Assembly (NCBI RefSeq): GCF_018350175.1
Contig: NC_058373.1
Coordinates: 112,036,001-112,100,000 of the forward strand
Direction: 5' to 3'
DNA length: 64,000 bases
From: Felis catus
Lineage: Eukaryota
Shown: positions 1 to 11,774 of the stretch, piece by piece
How positions within the stretch are numbered: the stretch's first letter is position 1
Layout: the number at the start of each line of letters is the position of its first letter
The notes under the pieces: generated by a model
Databases searched by the model: none
What the model saw: the letters and a program-made list of their open reading frames with translations, nothing else
Told to the model about the DNA's origin: nothing
Position numbers and translations under genes: made by a program

Positions 1-69
1 ACACACAGTCAAAATACCCATTCCTTACTTAGCAGAGATTTTAAACGTGGATAGGTTTTCATTCACTAG

Positions 70-200
70 GGAAGACAAAACATTTCCAGATATACAAGCA
101 CTAAAAATATTATCACTCATATATCCTCGAAAAAAAGCTTTTAGAAAATTATTTTACCCAAGGAAAAATAAAAATTATGACAACAAAAGATTCATGGGTC
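70..200 (+). mobile_element. Ancient L1 ORF1 C-terminal remnant
   Basis: Translates KTFPDIQALKILSLIYPRKKLLEN, loosely resembling the L1 ORF1p C-terminus (KTF.DKQ.L..F.T.RP.L.E.L); heavily decayed. Confidence 0.3.
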
Positions 201-816
201 ATCTCTACATAGTTTAGACTGAGAGTTGTATTCTATGTTTTCAGATAAGGTCTGTGGTCAGAGGCAAGCTTTCCTTACAATGTTTCAAATTATTTTTAAA
301 AAACAATGTTTCAAATTATTTTTCTCTTTTTGTTTCCATACCTTCTAGTATGCCAGGAAACTGGGTCTTGAGCCATATCTCTCATTCCCCAGTGATTGCT
401 AATTCTGTTTGATAACATCAGAAAACAATAATAATGCTGTTCTAGTCCTTGCTAATTATGATCAAACTCCATGTGGATAGGATGCTGTCCCAGGAGAATT
501 GCTAGAAAAAAATATCTTTTTTCATTTCTCCACAAAAGCATAGCTGTAGGAAGAACATATTGTTCATTTTATTGCCAAGGAAATTGAGATAAGATTAGCT
601 ACTTTAAAACTCATACAGTTTTTTTTAAGTGGTAAAGAATAACAAGCCAGATGCTCTCTGTTATTGCACTTTCTTTTTTATCATTTTCATCCAGTATCTA
701 CGAAGGTATCTATGTTATTGGTGCTTAAGAGTAGATATACAAATGAACTATGTTGTAAAATACATATAAAAATAAATACACCAAAATGTTAACAACCGTT
801 ATATCTGAATTTAATT

Positions 817-897
817 ATTCATTTAAGTAAATATTCCTTGAGGCCATACTGTATGACAGGTACACAGGATGGAACAATAGACAAAACAAACAAAGAT
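817..897 (-). mobile_element. L2 LINE 3' end fragment
   Basis: attcatttaagtaaatattccttgagg..actgtatgacaggtac resembles the antisense L2 3' terminus. Confidence 0.45.
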
Positions 898-1447
898 TTG
901 TCAAATTTTATGTATCTTATCTATAATTTTTACTTTATAATAACTTATACTTTCTACAAGTTTGAACATTTATCATACTTTTAGGTTCATTACCATTAAG
1001 CTATATGTAATATTCCTTTGTAATATTCTTAAACCTGTCTTCTTCAGTTTTGTTCTTGTTTCATTCTTGATATTATTACTTTGTGGCTTCTGCCTTTTTT
1101 TTCATTAAGTATTCCTGCCAGAGATTTGTCAATTTTTTAAAGCTTTTCAAAGAAAAACTTTCAGTTTTGTTGATCACGCTAGTGTAACTCTTTTTCCTAG
1201 ATCAGTAATTTGTCTTTTGTTGATAATTTTCTGTCTTCTGTGTTTTAAGAAGTTTATTCTATTCTTTTTAACTTCATAATTTTGATGCTAAGCTTATTTA
1301 TTTCCAGGCTTCTCTTCTAATATGAGCATAATCAGCTATACATCTCCCTGTAAGTACCACATATATTTGACTATAAACTTCCCTCTGAGAACCGCTAACT
1401 AGCGCACATTTTAATATGTAGTCAATTCTTTGTTGTTCAGTTCTAAA

Positions 1448-1898
1448 TGCAAAAGAATCCTGTAAGTAATACCTACAATCTGTACGATACTAGCAGTTTG
1501 CAACGGCTACAACCTGTCACAGTCTATACCTGATCTAAATTTTCCCATAATTCCCAAACAAGAGGCCATGGAGTACTAATTAGCATTGAGAGCATTATGA
1601 ATAAGTACTAATCTGAGCATAAACTCTGTCTTTAAGGTCTGAATACAAAGACTGGCCAAACAGGCCAAGACCACATAGTAGTTTTTTCCCCATGAGGGTG
1701 TCAATCCATTAACTTGGTAAACAACCTGATCTTATTTTCTCTCGTCCTGAATTAAAATTCTTCCCCAAGTATCCTTGGGAAGTCATTTGCCTGACTGTAG
1801 ATCATGTAAACATCTATACATCTGTTTACGTGTACAAGTCCTTAATAACAATTTAGCTAGTACTCAATTCAGTTCCTGCTTTTTGCTTGTTTTTTCAA
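1448..1898 (+). mobile_element. Putative solo LTR, family unassigned
   Basis: About 450 bp non-L1 block starting TG and ending near CA; it interrupts otherwise contiguous L1 sequence (ttcagttctaaa ... attgttcaattccc); TSD not clear. Confidence 0.45.
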
Positions 1899-1964
1899 TA
1901 TTGTTCAATTCCCGTTACTTCTGACATATGGATTATTTAGAAGTGTCAAAGGTGACAAATGTGG

Positions 1965-1966
1965 TT

Positions 1967-2013
<47 letters not shown>

Positions 2014-2015
2014 TT
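1965..2015. repeat. (TTTA)n microsatellite
   Basis: Direct observation. Confidence 0.95.
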
Positions 2016-2514
2016 GGTTTCTAATTTCTAGAATGCTAATTTCTAGAATTAGCATTTCTAGAATGCTAATTTGTTAGCAATGCAGTCATTGAATATGATC
2101 TGAGTAATACCAAGTCTTTAAAATGTGTAAAGACTTGCTTAATTACCTAGGATAAATTTTTATAAATGTTCATGAAAACTTAATAGAAATGTATCTTTCC
2201 AAGCTGTTGGATGAAGAGCTCTATATGCCCATTAAAACAGTCTTGTTATTTGTATTGTTCAAACCCTCTATGTTCATATTGATCTCTTCTTTTATCTGTT
2301 TGATCTAGCAATTATTGAGAAGTGTGTATTAAAATCTCCCACTTTGATTGCAGATTTGTCTATTCCTCCTTGGAGTTTCAGCAATTAAAAACTATGTAAT
2401 TAGGTGCATCCAAGATTAAAACTGTTGTATCTTCCTGGTGAATTGAAACTTTAGTATTTAGACACCTTCTTTATCTCTAGTAAAGCATTTTGCCTTAAAG
2501 TCTATTTGTCTGAC

Positions 2515-2581
2515 AATAATATAATAACATAATAATATAATATATCATAAATAATAATAATAATAATAATAATAATATAAT
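2515..2581. repeat. (AAT)n-rich low-complexity repeat
   Basis: Direct observation. Confidence 0.85.
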
Positions 2582-2657
2582 GCTGGTTTTCTTTTGGTGA
2601 CTATTTGTCTGCATATATTTTTTCTCATGCCTTTACTCCCAACCCTTGTATGTTCTT

Positions 2658-2795
2658 TTTTTTTTTAAGTTTATTTATTTCTTTTGAGGGAGAGAGAGAG
2701 CATAAACCGAGGGGAGGGGGGGGGTAGAAAGAGAAGGAGAGAGAGAATCCCAAGCAGGCTCCATGCTGTCAGTGCAGAGCCCAAAGTGGAGACAC
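2658..2795 (-). mobile_element. 5'-truncated Can-SINE
   Basis: polyT, tttattt, (GA)n, gaatcccaagcaggctcc; TSD gtatg(t/c)tctt at 2648-2657 and 2798-2807. Confidence 0.85.
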
Positions 2796-3302
2796 TGGTA
2801 TGCTCTTCTGTTTTGGTGCATTTCAGAAAAAGTCATTGGATGGATATTTTTAATTCAGTGTGAAAAGCTTTGTCTTTTAACCAAGGAGTTGAACTTTTTT
2901 TGTTTATGAGTACCAAAAAATTTAGATTCATTTCCAACATCTTATTTTGTGCTTTCTATTCATTCTTCTTATTCTAGTCTTCTTCTCTTTGATTGAATTT
3001 TACCACATTTCCATTTCATTTTTCCCCTCTACTAGTTTGTAAATTGTACCTTTTATTCTATTCCTTTAGCGCTCACACTGGACAGATTAATTAAATATGT
3101 GTTTTAACATAAAATCTAAAATTAGTTTATTTTGAATCCTTTTTCTTAACAATACTCAAATATTAAAACATTAATTCCTCCCTCCTACCCTCCCTCCTTC
3201 TCTCATATGCACTCATCATGAATTAATGAATTGTATGCAATTCTTACATAGAATTCGAGTTTTCTTTTGATATTTCAGCTTCTCAAATTAGAAATTATTG
3301 TT

Positions 3303-3525
3303 GGGGCGCCTGGGTGGCTCAGTCGGTTAAGCATCCAACTTCAGCCCAGGTCATGATCTCACAGCTTGTGAGTTCAAGCCCTGAGTCAGGCTCTGTGCTG
3401 ACAGCTCATAGCCTGGAGCCTGCTTAGGATTCTCTTTCTCTCTCCCTCGCTCCCTCCCCACTCACTCGTGTGTGCACTCTCTCTCACTCTCTCTTTCTCT
3501 CTCTCAAAATAAATAAACTTAAAGC
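3303..3525 (+). mobile_element. Can-SINE (feline type), first of a tandem pair
   Basis: ggggcgcctgggtggctcagtcggttaagc head with tRNA A-box, (CT)n tract, aataaa and A tail. Confidence 0.95.
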
Positions 3526-3537
3526 AAAATTATTGTT

Positions 3538-3750
3538 GGGGTGCCTGGGTGGCTCAGTTGGTTGAGTGTGCAACTTTAGCTCAGGTCATGATCTCACAGC
3601 TTGTGAGTTCAAGCCCCTCATCAGGCTCTGTGCTGACAGCTCAGAGCCTGGAGTCTGCTTCAGATTCTGTGTCTCCCTCTCTCTCTTTGCCCCTCCCCTA
3701 CTCGTACTCTCTCTCTCTCAAAAATAAATAAACATTTAAAAAAAATTTAA
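3538..3750 (+). mobile_element. Can-SINE (feline type), second of a tandem pair
   Basis: Full head, (CT)n tract and A tail; followed by agaaattattgt at 3751-3762. Confidence 0.95.
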
Positions 3751-4337
3751 AGAAATTATTGTCATGACTTTACAAATGTTTGCTTATATTTATAAATATA
3801 AATTACCATTTTATTTCTTCATCATTCCTTCTTGAATCTCAAACCTTCCTTCCAGAACAATTTTATTTTTATTTGAAGCACAATGTTTAGGAATTCTTTT
3901 AGTGAGAATCTGTGGGCAGTAAATCATTTCAGTTTCAGTTAGCCAGAAAATGACCTTATTTACCTTCTTTTTGGAAGATATTTCCATTCAGTGTACAATA
4001 TGAGATTGCTTATTATTTTCTCTTGGCTCTTCAAAGATTTTCCACTTCCGTCTGGATTCTACTGTTGCTCTTGAAAGTCAGTTGTGCCTTCTCTGTAGGC
4101 AATCTATCTCTTCTCTCACTGTTTTTAAGATCTTTTCTTTGACTATTGTGTTCTGCCCTATTATAACATCAGATGCACGTCAGTGCAGACACAGTGATAT
4201 GTGTAAGTGTGGGTTTTCTTTTCGTTATTATGCCTGTGATCCTCTGAGTGTAATGTCTCTAGGATTGATGCCCTCTATTAATTCTGAAATATTCTCAGCT
4301 TTTATACATTCTAATATTGTCTCTCCTCCATTCTTTC

Positions 4338-4532
4338 CTTTCTTTTTTTATTTGAGAGAGAGAGAGAGAGTGCAAGCAGAGGAGAGGGGAAGAAGGAGAA
4401 AGAGAAAGAATCTTAGCAGGCTCCATGCTCAGTATGGAACCCAAGGTGGGGCTTGATCCCATGACCCTGGGATCATGACCTGAGCCAAAATCAAGAGTCA
4501 GACACTCAGCCGACTGAGCCACCCAGGCACCT
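4338..4532 (-). mobile_element. Can-SINE
   Basis: Ends ...ctgagccacccaggcacc; TSD tctcctccat(t/g)ctttc at 4322-4337 and 4534-4549. Confidence 0.95.
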
Positions 4533-5313
4533 GTCTCCTCCATGCTTTCAACTCTCTCCTTCTGAGACTCTATTAGACTTATATTGGAACTTCTCTATTA
4601 TCCATTTCCCTTAACTTCTCTTTTATATTTGCCATCTTCATGTCTCCCTGCAATGAATTCTAGAAAATTTATTTGGATCTTTCAGTTTACTAAACCTCAA
4701 CTCAACTGTGTAAGTCTGCTGTTTAACCAATACATTTATTTTCTAATTTTCATCATTATATTTGTCGGGCAAGTATTACCTTAAGGTCACTACAGATAAG
4801 GTCACTACAAGAAATGAAAAGTACCAACCAATATCCCTGGTGAATATAGATGGAAAAATTCTAGCAAACAAAATCTATTAGGACATTAAAAAATCATGCG
4901 AGATTATTCATCAAGTGAGATTATTCATCCCTAAGATTTAAGGATGGTTCAAAATATGCAAATCAATAAATGTGATATAATCCACTAATAGAATGAAAAA
5001 AAATCATATGATCACCTCAATAGATGCAGAAAAAGCATTTGACAAAATTCAATATCCATTCATGATAAAAAAAAAATCTCTCAACAAATTGCATATAGAA
5101 GGAACATATCTAAACATAATAAAGTCCATATAAAACAAGCACACAACTAACATCATACTCAGGACAAGACAAGGGTAACTATTCTCACCATTCCTGTTCA
5201 ACATAGTACTGTATTTCTTTCCACCTAGATAAGTGAGGTAAGAAAAAGAAATAAAAGGCATCCAAACTGGAAAGGAAGAAGCAAAATTCTCTCTTTGAAA
5301 ATTACATGATATT

Positions 5314-5534
5314 GGGCGCCTGGGTGGCTCAGTTGGTTAAGTGACCAACTTCAGCTCAGGTCATGATCTCACAGCTCATGAGTTCAAGCCCTGCGTCGGG
5401 CTCTGTGCTGACAGCTCCGAGCCTGGAGCCTGCTTCAGATTCTGTGTCTCCCTCTCTCTCTGCCCCTCCCCTGCTTGCACTCTGTCTCTGTCTCTCTCTC
5501 TCAAAAATAAATAAACATTAAAAAAAAATTTAAA
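5314..5534 (+). mobile_element. Can-SINE inserted in L1
   Basis: TSD gaaa(a/c)ttacatgatatt at 5297-5313 and 5535-5551. Confidence 0.95.
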
Positions 5535-6149
5535 GAAACTTACATGATATTATATCTGGAAAGCCCTAAAAACTCTACTAGAAACTGCTAGCACTAATAA
5601 ACAAATTTAATAAAGTTGCAGTATCTGAAATCAACATACAAAAACCAGTTGTGTCTCCATACACTAATAAAATACTAACTGAAAAAGAAATAAAGAAAGC
5701 AATCTCATTTATAGTAGCATTAAAAACAATAAAATACTTAGGAACAAATCTATACACTGAAAATTATAAGACATTGATGAAAGAAATTGAAGGAGATACA
5801 AATAAATGGAAAGATGTGCTATATTCATGTATCAAAAGAAATAATATTGTTAAAATGTGCATACTACTCAAAGCCATGCATTGATTCAATGCAATCTCTA
5901 TCAAAATTCCAACAATATTTTTTACATAAATAGAAAAAACAGTCCTAAAATTTGTATAAAACCACAGAAGACCAAAAGCCAAAGCAATCTTGAGAAAGAA
6001 CAAAGCTATTGGCATTACACTTCCTGATTTCAAACTATATAAATTTTACTTTATACTTTAAAGTTTATTATATAATCAAATTAGTATTATACTGGCATTA
6101 AAAAAAAAACCAGATTGACCAGTGGCGTAGAATCAAAAGCCCAGATATA

Positions 6150-6382
6150 GTGGTGCCGGGGTGGCTCAGTTGGTTAAGTGTCTGAGTCTTCATTTCGGCT
6201 CAGGTCATGATCTCATGGTTTATGAGTTCGAGCCCCACATCAGGGGCTGTCAGCACAGAACCTGCCTGGGATTCTACCTGTCTCCCTTTCTCTCTGTCCG
6301 CCACCCCCAATGCTCACATGTGCATTCTCTCTCGTGCGCGCTCTCTCTCAATACATAAATACGTAAACTTAAAATTAAAAAA
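6150..6382 (+). mobile_element. Can-SINE inserted in L1
   Basis: 21-bp TSD agaatcaaaagcccaga(t/g)ata at 6129-6149 and 6383-6403. Confidence 0.95.
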
Positions 6383-8403
6383 AGAATCAAAAGCCCAGAG
6401 ATAAACCCATACACATATGGTCAACCAATATTTGACAAGGCAGTCAAGAATACTCAATGGGAAAAACATAGTCTCTTCAATATACAATATTGGTAAAACT
6501 GGATATTTACATGCAAAAGAATGAAACTTGATCCCTATCTTACACCATTCACAAAAAATTAACTTGAAATGGATTAAAGGCTTAAGTGTAACACCTGAAA
6601 TCATGAAACTTCTAGAAGAAAACATAGGGTATAAATTCCTTGACATCAGTCATGGCAATGAGTTTTTGGATTGACACCACAAGAAGCACAAGGTATAAAA
6701 GCAAAAATCAACATGTGGGACTACATCTCACTAAAATGCTTCTGCACAGCAAAAGAAATGATTAACAAAATGAAAAGACAACCTACAGAATGGAAGAAAA
6801 TATTTATAACTCATACCTGATAAATGGTTAATATCCAAAATTGATAAGGAACTCATATAACTCAATAGCAAAAGAAAAGAAAAAAAGTAAGAGAAGAAAG
6901 AATACAATTTAAAAATGAGCAAAGGACTACAATAGACATTTTTCCAAAGATAATATTCAAATGGCCAACAGGCACAGGCAAAGGTGCTCATCATTACTGA
7001 TCATTGGGGAAATAGAAGTCAAAGCCACAAGCAGATATTACTTTACAACTGTTAGAATGGCTGTTATCAAAATACAACAGATGAGAAGTGATGGTGAACA
7101 GAGAACTCTGTGCATTGTTGGTGAGAATGTAGTTTGGTATAGCCATTATGGAAAACAATGTGAAGGTTCCTCCAAACTTAAAGATTAAAAGAACTACCAT
7201 GTGATCCAGCAATCCCATTTCTGTGTATAGATCCAGAGGAAGTGAAATCACTATCTTGAAGAGAGCTGCACTCCCATGTTAACTGCAGCATTATTTATAG
7301 TGGTCAAGACATGGAAATAACCTAAGTGTCCACTGACAGATGAGTGGATAAAGAAACTCTGTGTGTGTGCGCATGCATGCATATGTGTATATACATACAC
7401 ACACAGTGGAATGTTATTTAGCGGTAAAAAAAGGAAGAAATCCTGCCATTTGCAACAACGTGGATAAATTTTAACGTCATTATGCTAAATAGGTCAGACA
7501 TAGGCAAATGCAAATGATCTCACTTAAATATGGAATCTAAAATAATAATTGTAAAAAACCTCATAGAAGCAGATTTTAAAAAAAAAAAGGAACATATTTA
7601 TGGTTGCCAGGGATGGAGAGTTGGGGGTGGGGCATAGTTGAAGGTGGCCAAAGGGTACGAACTTCCAGTTATAAGATAAGTTCTGGGGATCTAATGATAG
7701 CATGATGATATCACACTACTGTATTGTATACTTGAAAATTGCCAAAAGAGTAAATCTAAAGCGTTTTCATCCCCTTCCTCCACACACACACACATAGATG
7801 CTAACTATGTGAGGTGACAGATGTGTTAATTAACCTTATTGTGGTAATCATGTGGAAATATATTCTAACATCACATTGTATACCTTAAACTTATTCGATG
7901 TTACATTCATATCTCAATAAAGCTAGGGGAAAAAGCATACCCCATGTTGCTCCATATTGACATGGGGCTAGATAGAACTTTATGATTTTTCCTGAGCAAT
8001 TCACCATGTACTTATATATTTCTGAACATTGAAATGGTCTGATTTATATATATTTACCTACTATCTATCTTTCTTTCTGCTCACCTGACTCCCTCCTCAC
8101 TTGCTCCCCTACTATTACCTGTCATTGGCTGGTTCCCTTTGGTCTGTTCCTTAGACCTGCCACTCAGTTCAGGGGGTTCTTATCTTCATATTAAATGTGT
8201 AGGGCCTAACACAATGCCTGAGCCATAGAAGACCTTCAATAAATGCCTGGTGGAGGGTAGAAGGGCCATCCCACGGTTATATGAACAATGGCCTTTGGTG
8301 GTACAAATGGAAGACTGTTTCCCCTTCATATACATACACAAAAATTCCCCAGTGAAACTAGGCATAAAGACTCACACTCGATCATTACAGGAACTTGCTT
8401 TTT

Positions 8404-8981
8404 AATTTTTTTATTATTTTTTATTTTTTTTAATATAATTTATTGACAAATTGGTTTCCATACAACACCCAGTGCTCATCCCAACAAGTGTCCTCCTCAA
8501 TGCCCATCACTCACTTTCCCCTCTCCCTCACCCCCCATCAACCCTCAGTTTGTTCTCAGTATCCAAGAGTCTCTTATGGTTTGTCTCCCTCCCTCTTCAT
8601 TTGTAACTTTTTTCCCCCTTTCCTTCCCCCATGGTCTTCTGTTAAGTTTCTCAAGATCCCCCTATGAGTGAAAATATATGGTGTCTGTCTTTCTCTGACT
8701 GACTTATTTCACTTAGCATAATACCTTCAAGTTCCATCCACATTGCTACAAAAAGCCATATTTCATTCTTCTCATTGCCAAGTAGTATTCCATTGTGTAT
8801 ATAAACCACATCTTCTTTATCCATTCATCAGTTGATGGACATCTAGGCTCTTTCCATAATTTGGCTATTGTTGAAAATGCTGCTATAAACATTGGAGTAC
8901 ATGTGCTCCTATGCATCAGCAGTCCTCTATCCCTTGGGTAAATTCCTAGCAGTGTTATTGCTGGGTCATAGGGTAGATCTA
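8404..8981 (-). mobile_element. Feline L1 3' end, older copy
   Basis: polyT, tttattgacaaattggtttccatacaacacccagtg 3'UTR and ORF2 C-terminus; outer TSD aggaac(t/c)tgcttttt at 8389-8403 and 10165-10179. Confidence 0.92.
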
Positions 8982-10164
8982 TTTTTTTTTATTATATATG
9001 AAATTTATTGACAAATTGGTTTCCATACAACACCCAGTGCTCATCCCAAAAGGTGCCCTCCTCAATACCCATCACCCACCCTCTCCTCCCTCCCACCCCC
9101 CATCAACCCTCAGTTTGTTCTCAGTTTTTAACAGTCTCTTATGCTTTGGCTCTCTCCCACTCTAACCTCTTTTTTTTTTTTTTCCTTCCCCTCCCCCATG
9201 GGTTCCTTTTAAGTTTCTCAGGATTCACATAAGAGTGAAACCATATGGTATCTGTCTTTCTCTGTATGGCTTATTTCACTTAGCATCACACTCTCCAGTT
9301 CCATCCACGTTGCTACAAAAGGCCCTATTTCATTTTTTCTCATTGCCACGTAATATTCCATTGTGTATATAAACCACAATTTCTTTATCCATTCATCAGT
9401 TGATGGACATTTAGGCTCTTTCCATAATTTGGCTATTGTTGAGAGTGCTGCTATGAACATTGGGGTACAAGTGGCCCTATGCATCAGTACTCCTGTATCC
9501 CTTGGATAAATTCCTAGCAGTGCTATTGCTGGGTCATAGGGTAGGTCTATTTTTAATTTTCTGAGGAACCTCCACACTGCTTTCCAGAGTGGCTGCACCA
9601 ATTTGCATTCCCACCAACAGTGCAAGAGGGTTCCCGTTTCTCCACATCCTCGCCAGCATCTGTTGTTTCCTGAATTGTTCACTTTAGCTACTCTGACTGG
9701 TGTGAGGTGGCATCTCAGTGTGGTTTTGATTTGTATTTCCCTGATGAGGAGTGACGTTGAGCATCATCTCAAGTGTCTGTTGGTCATCTGGATGTCTTCT
9801 TTAGAAAAGTATCTATTCATGTCTTTTGCCCATTTCTTCACTGGATTATTTGTTTTTCGGGTGTGTTGTTTGGTGAGTTCTTTATAGGTTTCGGATACTA
9901 GCCCTTTATCTGATATGTCATTTGCAAATATCTTCTCCCATTCCATCAGTTGCCTTTTAGTTTTGATTGTTTCCTTTGCAGTGCAGAAGCTTTTTATCTT
10001 GATGAGGTCCCAATAGTTCATTTTTGCTTTTAATTCCCTTGCCTTTGGAGATGTGTCGAGAAAGAAATTGCTGAGGTTGAGGTCAAAGAGGTTTTTCCCT
10101 GCTTTCTCCTCTAGGGTGTTGATGGTCTCCTGTCTCACATTCAGGTCCTTTATCCATTTTGAGT
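8982..10164 (-). mobile_element. Feline L1 3' portion: young 3' end joined to older-type ORF2 sequence
   Basis: Second polyT and 3'UTR; open ORF2 C-terminus 9218-9682 ([26 protein letters not shown] cysteine-rich domain); ORF 9764-10138 is upstream ORF2. Confidence 0.93.
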
Positions 10165-11774
10165 AGGAACCTGCTTTTTTAAAAATTCCTGTTGTTTAGA
10201 ACTTTATTAAAAACAAAATGCAAGAAGTCCAGTAGCCCTGATCGGAGCAACAAATCAATTTGTTTTCACTCATGGCTGCTTTACCGTTAATGACTTAAGC
10301 TAATTAGACAGACAACTGAGAGAGAATTATGAACCTGAATTCAATTCACGACAGTCCAAACAAGTGCTTGAGACTGTTTTCTGGGCAGTGGGAGAAAGCA
10401 GAAATCAGCCAGTTAAAGCCTAAAGGCAGATTCAGGTAGAGTAACAGGCAGGAGGGAGCGGTCTCAACCTGGAGGCCTGCATCTGTCTAGAAAGTTGTTT
10501 GAGCTTCAAGTGACACAAAATACACAAAAGTCTTGATGAATTAAAAAGCCGTAAGCAAATCTTGGGGGTTATTATTATTCCATACAGAAAATGTTTGTGA
10601 ACTGCAGGCAAGACTATCAGCTCGTTCAGGATTCAGGCTGGGGCTGGCCCTGTTCAGCTATGGGTAGAGGGAAAGAAGGGTGTGTTTGAGAGGTTTCAGA
10701 CTTTGCTGATCCAGGCTGCCATGTTCCTGGTTAGCAACGGACAGAAACAGACTTCTTGTGTAAATTACATCATGGGGCATGACTCTGATAAATTCCACAA
10801 GTACTTTCAGGGAAGGATATTGAGTCAGTTGGGTTGTGTTTCCTTCACCCTGGGAAGTTTCCTCTCAGAAACCTGAGCACCAAGGAGCTGAATCCCCAGG
10901 AATCCACCCCCACAACCTCTTGCCCTTCTCCTTCCTTTTAAACACATCTTAAGAAGCAATACTCCAGCAGTCAGCCCTTCAGAAGGGCCCAAGGACAGCT
11001 CCACTTTGAAATGCTGAGCCAGCACACCAGGGTAGGGGGGACACTTTAGGCACAAAACCCGCCCCTTTAGCAGACTTGCTCTGGGAATTCTCCTCTCAGC
11101 CTCACAGTCTCCCTCCCTTAAAACTCTTAGGTACATTTTAGGACAAAACCAAAACAGATGATTCCTTAATATCCAATGCTTTATTTGTTCAACATGAATA
11201 TAGGGGTTTAGCGTAGTTTGAAGGCATTCAACAAAGAGGCTTGCATTGGTATTCATCCATTTGATGGACTGAATCCCAATTTGAGTTCAAAAATGGTTGG
11301 GGGATAAGGACCATGAGGGCAAACAGAATGAGAGGTCCAACCTTCTAAATAATCAGTCTTTGCTTGGAGACACATATTCAGGGGATTCTAAACAAGAATT
11401 TCAAATTCTGAACATTGAAAATTTTGTAAAGGTCCTTTTCCCCTTGTCTGCAAAAACTGCATCCCCGTTGCCATAAGCCTCTCTCCGAAGGACAAGAACA
11501 GACCAGACGTATTTTAGTGGAAGAAGGAACAACCCAAAAACAGAAGTTAAAAAGATATGTGTGGAGGTGAAAGATAGCAGGCTGGCAAGGATGACAGCTT
11601 TGTGACGGCCCAGGCTCCTTCCTCACACTGCTCATCCTTCTACACACTTGTCCTTGTCCTGCAGCTGAACCTCCATCACCAATGTTGTCATAACTCAAAG
11701 AAAGCCCAAGGACTTTTGCTTGGCTTTCAAGTGCCTCCTGGGCTCAGTCTTGTACCTATTTTTCTAGCCTCTTC

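Larger units (their letters stand above)
1085..4765 (-). mobile_element. Ancient L1M (ORF2 endonuclease/ORF1 region), fragmented by later insertions
   Basis: T-rich antisense L1; reverse complement of about 2316-2349 encodes IKVGDFNTHFS, the GDFN motif of the L1 APE endonuclease; interrupted by an LTR-like insert, SINEs and microsatellites. Confidence 0.75.
4803..7933 (+). mobile_element. 5'-truncated L1 (ORF2 RT/C-terminal remnant plus 3'UTR), L1MA9/L1_Carn-like
   Basis: Decayed ORF2 motifs ([13 protein letters not shown] region near 5010-5055; LYTENYKTLMKEIEGDTNKWKD in ORF 5651-5884); 3' end ctaactatgtgaggtga...ctcaataaagct plus A tail; many stops and indels. Confidence 0.92.

Noticed and set aside
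552..566. Near-palindromic steroid response element AGAACAtatTGTTCA
   Set aside because: One mismatch, within decayed repeat-like sequence and with no supporting context.
3303..3380. tRNA-like heads with A/B boxes
   Set aside because: tRNA-derived SINE heads, not tRNA genes.
3549..3731. MAQLVE../MISW..-type short ORFs (also 6161, 13061, 49158)
   Set aside because: Translations of Can-SINE sequence.
9218..10138. ORFs of 154 and 124 aa as host genes
   Set aside because: They are L1 ORF2 C-terminal fragments of a 5'-truncated element.
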